Both the position numbers and the translations under genes were made by a program. The notes below the pieces were generated by a model. That model searched no databases. It was not told the DNA's origin and saw only the letters and a list, made by a program, of their open reading frames with translations. Positions 39,423-46,713 of a DNA stretch of 64,000 nt are shown here, one piece after another. Each line of letters starts with the position of its first letter. Position 1 is the first letter of the stretch. Source of the stretch: a bacterium (lineage in GTDB: Bacteria; SAR324; NAC60-12); contig OZ242383.1 in NCBI GenBank assembly GCA_965209155.1, forward strand, positions 1,728,001 through 1,792,000, given 5' to 3'.

Positions 39423-40916
39423 ATGGATACGAATGATACTAGAGATAATCGTATTGTCGAGGAGAACCGCAAGCCGGGCACAGTCGAGTGGCAACTCCAG
39501 TACACTAGCTTCGATGACCCGATTACCCTGGCCTCTCACCCGCTGATTCGCCAGCTACGGTCGTTAGCTATAGAGGGCTACGCCTCCAAAACCAGTGTCC
39601 TGCCGGGCGAGACAATTGACTTTATGGTTAGTTTGGATCCGCCCGGCCACTTTACCATTGATCTCTACCGCATGGGTTATTATGGGGGTACCGGCGGGCG
39701 ACATATGGCCCGCTTGGGGCCCTTTCTGGGAGATACCCAGCCGGTGCCGATGATGACCATCGAGCGTTTACGTGAATGTGCCTGGGAAAAATGTACCTCG
39801 TTTACGGTCCCGACGGAGTGGCCAAGCGGCGTTTATCTGGGCAAGTTGACCCGCGATGAGCAATTTGGCGTACAGAGTTATCTTATCTTTGTGGTCAAGG
39901 AACATCGGCGGTCAGATTTATTGTGCCAGGTGAGCGACCTGACCTGGCAAGCCTACAATAAGTGGCCGGGGATGGATTCGCTCTACAACGATGGTACGCC
40001 CAATATCTACTATTTCGGTCCCAACGTCCGGGTCAGTTTTGACCGGCCCTATGCCAAATATCCTCAGCTTCGGGATGAGCCCCTGTCGGCCGGATCGGGT
40101 GAATATCTGCTATGGGAACATCCGATGACCTTCTGGCTAGAGCAGCAAGGATATGATGTGACCTATTGTTCGAACTTGGACCTGCATCTTGACCCGGATA
40201 TCTTGAAGTATAGCAAAGTGTTCTTATCGGTCGGGCATGATGAGTACTGGTCCCGTAAAATGTTCGATGAAGCGGTGAAGGCCCGGGATGATGGCCTGAG
40301 TCTGGCCTTCTTCTCCGGTAACTCACTTTGTTACGCGCTCGAAATGTATGACAGTACGGCGACGGGAGCGGCGAGTCGGGCGTTTGCCAGGAAAGAACCA
40401 ATGGGCAATGAGGAGGAACTGATGGGGGTCAAGTCAGAAGCGGTTGGGTATGGCGATTGGGTGGTGATCAAACCCGAGCACTGGATCTATAACGGGACAG
40501 GCGCCAAGGCCGGCGACAAAATTCCCGGTATTATCGGTTGGGAGTATCACGGCTACCCGGCTGACATACCAGGTCTGGAGGTGGTGGCTTCAAGCCCGTT
40601 GGATCCCTGCCTGAGATGGAAAAAATCTTTGCCCCCTCCGGTCGCGCACCCAATACACAGCGCAAAGGAAAAGGAGTTTTGGCGTCGCGTTCACCCTCCG
40701 GTCGCGCACCCAATACACAGCGCGATTGTATATCCTGGTAGGCAGGGTAATTGGGTCTTCAATGCCGGCACCATCTGGTGGTCTGAGGGGCTGTCCTGCC
40801 CGCCCGGTCATGTTCCGGCCCGATCTGCCTGCGGCGGCACCTTTGGGGTGAATCCTCTGGCCCAGCAAATAACCACTAACGTCTTGGATCGAATGACCCG
40901 AGACTCGCAGCGGTGA
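39423..40916 (+). CDS. N,N-dimethylformamidase beta-subunit-like protein
   Basis: IEGYASKTSV.PG, YRMGYYGG, WPSGVYL, TWQAYNKW, VSFDRPY, SVGHDEYWS, FFSGN, VFNAGTIWW. Confidence 0.8.
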   Translation: MDTNDTRDNRIVEENRKPGTVEWQLQYTSFDDPITLASHPLIRQLRSLAIEGYASKTSVLPGETIDFMVSLDPPGHFTIDLYRMGYYGGTGGRHMARLGPFLGDTQPVPMMTIERLRECAWEKCTSFTVPTEWPSGVYLGKLTRDEQFGVQSYLIFVVKEHRRSDLLCQVSDLTWQAYNKWPGMDSLYNDGTPNIYYFGPNVRVSFDRPYAKYPQLRDEPLSAGSGEYLLWEHPMTFWLEQQGYDVTYCSNLDLHLDPDILKYSKVFLSVGHDEYWSRKMFDEAVKARDDGLSLAFFSGNSLCYALEMYDSTATGAASRAFARKEPMGNEEELMGVKSEAVGYGDWVVIKPEHWIYNGTGAKAGDKIPGIIGWEYHGYPADIPGLEVVASSPLDPCLRWKKSLPPPVAHPIHSAKEKEFWRRVHPPVAHPIHSAIVYPGRQGNWVFNAGTIWWSEGLSCPPGHVPARSACGGTFGVNPLAQQITTNVLDRMTRDSQR

Positions 40917-40961
40917 TCAAAATGAGCTTTCCCGGAAAGTGAATCACCGTTGTGAAAAGTC

Positions 40962-41262
40962 AAAAGGGGTCAAAAAGGGGTCAAATCTCATTTTGTCTTT
41001 TGGGTTCTTTTGTAAAGGGAATGACACAAATTCGGGGACCCCTCATAGCTTCAAAGAAATCCGATCAATGGACAGCAACACCATTTTGTTTCCAGGGAGG
41101 AGAAGGTAACTGAGGACTTTACGTCCTTTCAGATCATCATAGAAAATCAGGGGACACAATACCATTTTTATTAGTAATGTCTCCGTATTTTATTAGTAAT
41201 GTCCTCTGATTTTATCCGTATTTTATAAGTATTGTGTCCCCTGATTTAATGTCCCCTGATTT
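40962..41262. repeat. Cluster of GGGGTC/GGGGAC-type REP-like motifs and degenerate tandem repeats
   Basis: AAAAGGGGTCAAA twice; AAATCAGGGGACAC versus (GT)GTCCCCTGATTT twice; TATTAGTAATGTC twice. Confidence 0.6.
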
Positions 41263-41286
41263 AAAACGGCAATGGTAAAGCTCACC

Positions 41287-41517
41287 TTAATAGCTCGGTC
41301 CGACCCGAATCCCATCAAAAGGAAGATTTCTAGTCCCCTCCCCAATCCAACCTAGTGTAGCAATGGCTTCACAACGATCCGCAATGTGGGCAAGCAAGGC
41401 TATTTTACTCTCTGGATCTCCCATTTCCCAAAGTTTATGAGTGGTGTACAATTCATCTAAGAGAGCAATGGTGGGGGAATGGAAATCATCCGTGACCAAA
41501 AGATCTTTTTTTGCCAT
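41287..41517 (-). pseudogene. Probable D-2-hydroxyacid dehydrogenase N-terminal fragment
   Basis: MAKKDLLV...LDELYTTHKLWE...CEAIATLG, then the similarity is lost. Confidence 0.45.
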
Positions 41518-41533
41518 AGTGTCTTTCGATTTT

Positions 41534-42400
41534 TTAAGGTTGCTCCCAGTGACCGCTTTGGCTGCTTCGAATGATCGCATCGATCACCTTCATGTTAGCC
41601 ACAGAATCTTCAATGGGAGTAAGAACAGGGGTATCGTTTAAAATAGCCAGAGAAAACAAATCACCTTAGTTCCAAGAATATGAGTCCGTTGGTAGTTCTC
41701 CAATTGGGTTGAGCAGGTGAAAGTCGCGCTGCCTTTCTCAAATTCCAACATTCCTGAAGTGAGACGATCGGTTTTGAATTGAGGATCGTATTCAACCAGA
41801 CCACAAACCCGCTTGGGTTCTGCTTCAAAAATAAAACGTGGGTAGGAGATGGTATAGCATCCAATATCGTATAACCCCCCTCCTCCATTTTCAGGTTTAT
41901 TGCGGATATTGTTCGCATCTGCATTGAAGTAAGAAAAAAATGATTGAATCGTTCGCAACTCTCCAATTTTCCCATCTCGTACCAACTCACGGGCTTTTTG
42001 CCATTGGGGATGATAACGGTACATGAAAGCTTCCATCACTTTTAAATTGGGATACTGTTGAGCAGCGTCGACTAATTTTTGGCCATCTTGCCAGTCCATA
42101 CCAATGGGTTTTTCACACAAAACGTGTTTGCCTGCCTCTAGAGCTTTGATGGACCAGGGCACATGGAGATCGTTGGGCAATGGGTTGTACACCGCATCGA
42201 TTTCTGGATCTGCCAGCATCGCTTCATAAGAACCATAGGTTTTTGGAATCCCTAACGGATCTGCGGCTTTTTGTGCAGATTCCAAACTCCGCGAGGCCAC
42301 TCCTACAACCTCACAATGCTCTCCCTGCTGCAGAGCAGGAAGGACTTTTTCTGTACTGATTTTCGCAGTACTGAGCCCCCCCCCAGCGAACTTTTGCCAT
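41534..42400 (-). pseudogene. Gfo/Idh/MocA oxidoreductase with a frameshift in a G9 tract and a deletion near the 3' end
   Basis: MAKVRWG|LSTAKI, DAVYNPLPNDLH, GKHVLCEKP, GGGLYDIGCY; C-terminus DSVANMKVIDAI is in another frame. Confidence 0.85.
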
Positions 42401-42483
42401 AATGGACCTTTCTTATTTCATATAGTTGATTGATTTGCTTTATTAAAGACGACAAATTGGTTTCATTACCTTTAGTTAAAGCT

Positions 42484-43228
42484 AAGGGCTTGTTACAAAA
42501 TAAGTTGAACATCTTTGAGTTTCATATAGGGTGAATGGTGTAGTTCCATCTTGTCTTCCTTTGACCACACTCGACCCTCATTCTTGAAATTTCCGACAAG
42601 CTCCTTTTTTTTCGTATCAACTGATAGCACTGGATTTCCGTATCTTGAAAACCGATGGACGGATCGATTAATGTGTCTGAATTGCTCGTCGCGGTTTGGA
42701 TGATTTTTTCCTGAAAGCATCTTTTTGTTCGATCTCAGGGAATAGCCAAGCTCCTTTAAAAGCCTCATTACCGTGACATAAGATACATCAAATCCAGATT
42801 TTCTTAGCTGATCTGCGATAGATCTGCTCGATTTGCATGTCCACCGTAAGCGGCTCATCGGATCTCCTGCAGAAGACTCTTCAAGAATGCCCTCAATTGC
42901 TTTGAGCAGCTCAGGACTCTTGTGCCTCGAATACTTTCGTCCTCCACCCTCACGACGGAGACGATCGCTGTCAAGTGATAACGATCCGTCTTCTTCTAAA
43001 TCACGGAGACCCTGAGTTACCGTCGTTCTGGATAGTCCGGTCGCGCGACTTACTTGTGAAACACCTCCGTAGCCAAGCTCTTTTGCTTTTACTGCTGCGA
43101 ACCACCTTTTCTGTGGCTCGTTGAGGTAGCCGAACGCCTTAATCCACTCTTTACTGATCTCATGGTTAGCCATGAAATCAGTAGATCACAAAAAATCTAG
43201 CTGTTCAATTTATTTTGTAACAATCCAT
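42484..43228 (-). mobile_element. Second ISAzo13-family element, internally deleted, both terminal repeats retained
   Basis: Inverted ends (G)GCTTGTTACAAAATAAGTTGAACA and GGATTGTTACAAAATAAATTGAACA; GDPMSRLRWT, HPNRDEQF, SVDTKKKELVG. Confidence 0.88.
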
Positions 43229-43340
43229 AAGGATGATTCCGCAATGAAGACAGCGGACGACCCTAGCCCCTCCCAGGAGGGGAATCTCTTATATTCACGT
43301 TAGATTAATCAAAGGCGCCATGATGAATCAGGAGAATCCA

Positions 43341-43535
43341 ATGAGTGAACTGTCATTTAAAATTTGCGATTTATTTTCTATTGAAGCCAACTGTCCGTTG
43401 GGTCGTATCGGCACACCGGCCGATATGGCCGGTATCGCGATTTACTTCGCTTCTCCAACAGCCTCCTACCTCAATGGTGTTGTGATTCCGGTGGATGGGG
43501 GACTTGTATCAGATAACGATTGTGGCCAAGGATAA
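43341..43535 (+). pseudogene. SDR oxidoreductase reduced to its N- and C-termini
   Basis: MSELSFKICDLFSIE|ANCPLGRIGTPADMAGIAIYFAS..ASYLNGVVIPVDGG. Confidence 0.8.
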
Positions 43536-43732
43536 CGCTGATTTTGAAATCATTTTATTTTTTATCCTAGCGCAGTGGAAAGGAGGAGCAAGAAAGGACC
43601 AACCCACTTCAGCCAGTTTTCACCGCTGTTGTCGATAAAAGGAAGTGAAAAACTCTTGACTGAATAAGAGAGTAGACTGTACTCTATGATGAAAAATAGC
43701 AACCAATTAAGGTAATCAAAAAGGAAGAACCA

Positions 43733-44008
43733 ATGGCAAAGATTACAGTAGAAATTCCCGATGAAATCGTCAGTCAATTTGAGAGTATTGAGGCAATTCG
43801 CCGAACCATATATGAAGATTTTATAATTGAACAACGTCAAAATGGAAATCTAAGCCTTGGGGAAGCGGCCCAACTGCTAGGCATTACATATACTGAATTT
43901 TTCGAGTTGTTGGGGAAAAAAGGGCTTCCATTTATAAATTCGACGCCTGATGAATTGCGTGAAAGTTATTCCACCTTCCAAAACTTGATGGAACAATCCA
44001 AAAAATGA
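43733..44008 (+). CDS. UPF0175-family antitoxin
   Basis: GNLSLGEAAQLLGI...F.ELL...G. Confidence 0.85.
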   Translation: MAKITVEIPDEIVSQFESIEAIRRTIYEDFIIEQRQNGNLSLGEAAQLLGITYTEFFELLGKKGLPFINSTPDELRESYSTFQNLMEQSKK

Positions 44009-44444
44009 TTGTCATTTCCAATTCAAGTCCCCTTATAGCACTGAGTAGTGTTGATCAACTAGACATTCTTTTCCAACTTTTTGAGAAGGTCTATATCCCT
44101 GAAGCAGTCTTCCAAGAAACTGTAACAGAGAATCATCTCATCGCCCAAAGGGAGCGGATTCTTGAAGCAATAGATACTTTTTTGAGAGTCATCTCTCCAA
44201 AGGTTCAACATCCTTTAGAAAGTTGGGATATGGAGAACAAGGAGTCTTAAATTTAGCAATTGAAATACAACCAGACATTGTTTTGATTGATGATAAAAAA
44301 GCAAGAAATGAAGCAAAAGATTTAGGACTAGCTCCAATATTTACAACAGATCTTCTTAAATGGGCCAAAAGTCAAAAAATTATTGATTCCTATCAGATTA
44401 TTATGAATCAACTCTCTGAAAATCAAATATATCTTCCAGAATAA
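44005..44444 (+). pseudogene. DUF3368 PIN-domain toxin, frameshifted
   Basis: MIVISNSSPLIAL...IPEAVFQE; frame change near 44220 to LGYGEQ...LIDDKKAR. Confidence 0.85.
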
Positions 44445-44469
44445 GGAAAATTGAGGATTCCGATATGAA

Positions 44470-44742
44470 TAAGTTCGTAGAGCCGTATCCAAGCGGCTTC
44501 GACGAGCATTCCTCGCAGATCCGCTTTGCCGGAGCGAGTAATAGGACCCATGCGAATCTGATCGGTGCGAAGGGTTAAGTGAAAACTTTTCTTATGCACG
44601 TCAATGCCAACAAAAAGGGATTGGCCTGATATTGATTCAATGTTATCTTTTTTCATGACAGTCTCTTTTTAAAAGGGTTGTTTATACTTTGATAAACTTC
44701 ATTATTATCACAACCTACGGAGACTGTCTGGTTTACATAGTA
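44470..44742 (-). mobile_element. IS110-family remnant with intact structured 5' end
   Basis: LFVGIDVHKKS joined to RMGPITRSGKADLRGMLVEAAW; upstream long inverted repeat GACAGTCTC...GGTTGT/ACAACC...GAGACTGTC. Confidence 0.8.
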
Positions 44743-44837
44743 ACTATGTGGCCTCAAAGGAGATCGTATCAACGATCCCCATTTAACCCTGGCTGAAACA
44801 CAAGCGGTCTGTGATAAAATCATGCAGGAGAAACCAA

Positions 44838-46079
44838 ATGCTGAAATCTGTATTACTTCAAATCATTGCGAACGGTGAGAACTCCGGAGTAGAATTTAAA
44901 CGCGATGATTGTCGTCCGGAGCAACTAGCTAAAGAGATCGTGGCTATGGCGAACCTGCGTGGTGGCATGATAATACTTGGCGTAGAAGACGATGGCGTGA
45001 TTTCCGGTATCCAACGGAAAAATTTGGAAGAATGGGTGATGGATACTGTCTTCACTAGGAAAATTCATCCCTTCATTCTTCCTTTTTATGAAGAAATCAA
45101 GATGGATAATGATAAAAGGGTAGCCATCGTGTCCTTCACTCAAGGGATTTCCAAGCCTTATGTGCTCCGGCACAAAGACCGGGAAGATATTTTTGTCCGG
45201 ATCGGCAGTGTATCCCGTTTAGCAACCAGGGAACAACAAGCACGGCTATTTGATTCAGGTGGTTTACTGCACATGGAAGTCTTGCCGATTTCGGGAACTT
45301 CTATTGATTCTCTGGATTTGGACAGGCTTAATGATTATCTGGAGAATGTCATCATTGATCCTGAATTGCCAACTTCCCATGAAGAATGGCAACAGCGGCT
45401 TTGCGGCATGGGATTCATGACAGAAGCAGAATCAGCCCAAACGGTCTGTACTATTGCCGGACTGGTTCTATTTGGCTACAAACCACGACGATATTTGAAA
45501 CAGGCGGGTTTGCGCGTTCTAGTATTCAATGGCCCTGACAAGGTATATCAGGCTCAACTGGATGAAGTTCTGGATGGTCCTTTGGTAGGATTGTGGAAAA
45601 AAGATAACCGCGGAAACCGAGAGCAGGTTGCTGACGGTGTGATTGAGAATTTTGTACAAATAACGCGAGCATTTCTATCAGAAGAAGCCGATGAAATTAA
45701 CGATGGATTGCGCCGCGACAGAAATTGGTTTTATCCGCTGGAAGCAATCCGAGAAATCGTGGTAAATGCATTTGCCCATCGAGATTGGAGTCGATCTGTA
45801 GACATTGAATTTTCTGTTTATAATAACCGTTTGGAAGTTATTAGCCCCGGAGCCCTACAGAATTTAATGACTGTTGCAAAGATGATTGCCGGTCAGCGTT
45901 CTCCGCGAAACCCACTCATTGTAGATGTTCTGCGGGACTATAGGTATGTCGATGCCAGAGGGATGGGTATACGCACGAAAGTCATTCCACTGATGCGTCA
46001 AATCAATCAAACGGAGCCAGTCTTTGAGGACACAGAGGATTTTTTGAAAACCACTCTCTTTCGGAGACAAGAAGACTGA
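44838..46079 (+). CDS. AlbA_2 (Schlafen-like) domain + HATPase_c_4 (RecG C-terminal-like) protein
   Basis: GENSGVEFK, AMANLRGGMIILGVEDDG, AIREIVVNAFAHRDW, EVISPG, PRNPLI; RBS AGGAG. Confidence 0.85.
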   Translation: MLKSVLLQIIANGENSGVEFKRDDCRPEQLAKEIVAMANLRGGMIILGVEDDGVISGIQRKNLEEWVMDTVFTRKIHPFILPFYEEIKMDNDKRVAIVSFTQGISKPYVLRHKDREDIFVRIGSVSRLATREQQARLFDSGGLLHMEVLPISGTSIDSLDLDRLNDYLENVIIDPELPTSHEEWQQRLCGMGFMTEAESAQTVCTIAGLVLFGYKPRRYLKQAGLRVLVFNGPDKVYQAQLDEVLDGPLVGLWKKDNRGNREQVADGVIENFVQITRAFLSEEADEINDGLRRDRNWFYPLEAIREIVVNAFAHRDWSRSVDIEFSVYNNRLEVISPGALQNLMTVAKMIAGQRSPRNPLIVDVLRDYRYVDARGMGIRTKVIPLMRQINQTEPVFEDTEDFLKTTLFRRQED

Positions 46080-46123
46080 TGATTGATACTGATAAACTCA
46101 ACATATACACCGAAGACTACTAT

Positions 46124-46292
46124 AGGCTTTCAGAAAATCGGATTGGTAGAGGGGCCGGCCTGGCCCCTACAATTTCCGAGAGCTTGCGGGAAAGCTTCCC
46201 TGATATATCGGGCCGTACGCGGAAGCTGAGATGAGGCGGCGTGCAACGAGCAAGCCTCCATGAACGAAGCGATTTGGAATGTCAGAAGGCCT
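46124..46292. repeat. Small MITE-like element
   Basis: Imperfect inverted ends AGGCTTTCAGAAA / TGTCAGAAGGCCT; internal GTAG(A)GGGGCC...GGCCCCTAC hairpin. Confidence 0.4.
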
Positions 46293-46323
46293 CCCCATCA
46301 GTTTTAATGATCATTGGAAAGTA

Positions 46324-46540
46324 TTTTTACGAATCCTGCATTTTTTTAATTTGGGGGTTGACAGTATGCAAAAAGTATATATTGCCAAAATCATACCTTC
46401 ACTAAGTTGTTTTAGTGAAAAAAGAGGGTTCCCGATCGATGGAACCATATTGTGGGAAGACTTGAAAACGATCGGTCCTCTCCGGGAATCTTTTTAATGA
46501 TATTTAACTGAACGGGTTTTTCAGAGACCTGAATAGTTAC
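46324..46540 (+). repeat. Structured ~215-bp right-end module, copy 2 (outer end of the IS66-type unit)
   Basis: Collinear with 30980-31197; followed directly by CCAAACGG. Confidence 0.85.
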
Positions 46541-46713
46541 CCAAACGGTTTCTTATTGAGTCTCTCCATTTTCATCAACTCCGAAAGGTAGCCGCCGATT
46601 TGCTCAGGCCCATCCAACCCCTTCAAATCGAAATTTTTCTTTACCTCATTGGTATCGGTTGATAATACTGCTCTGATGAACAATGCCACTATTCACTCAT
46701 ATAATGGAAAAAA

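Larger units (their letters stand above)
29719..46540 (+). mobile_element. 16.8-kb IS66-ended cargo transposon-like unit
   Basis: Left end GTAACTATTTAGG, right end CCTGAATAGTTAC, 8-bp direct repeat CCAAACGG at 29711-29718 and 46541-46548. Confidence 0.8.

Noticed and set aside
42376..42384. G9 tract as a phase-variation switch in Gfo/Idh/MocA
   Set aside because: The gene also has a 3' deletion/frameshift, so slippage would not restore a full protein; a homopolymer sequencing error is also possible.
46200..46290. Group II intron domain V (GCCGTACGCGGAA)
   Set aside because: The complementary 3' arm is missing, and the segment lies within a MITE-like element.
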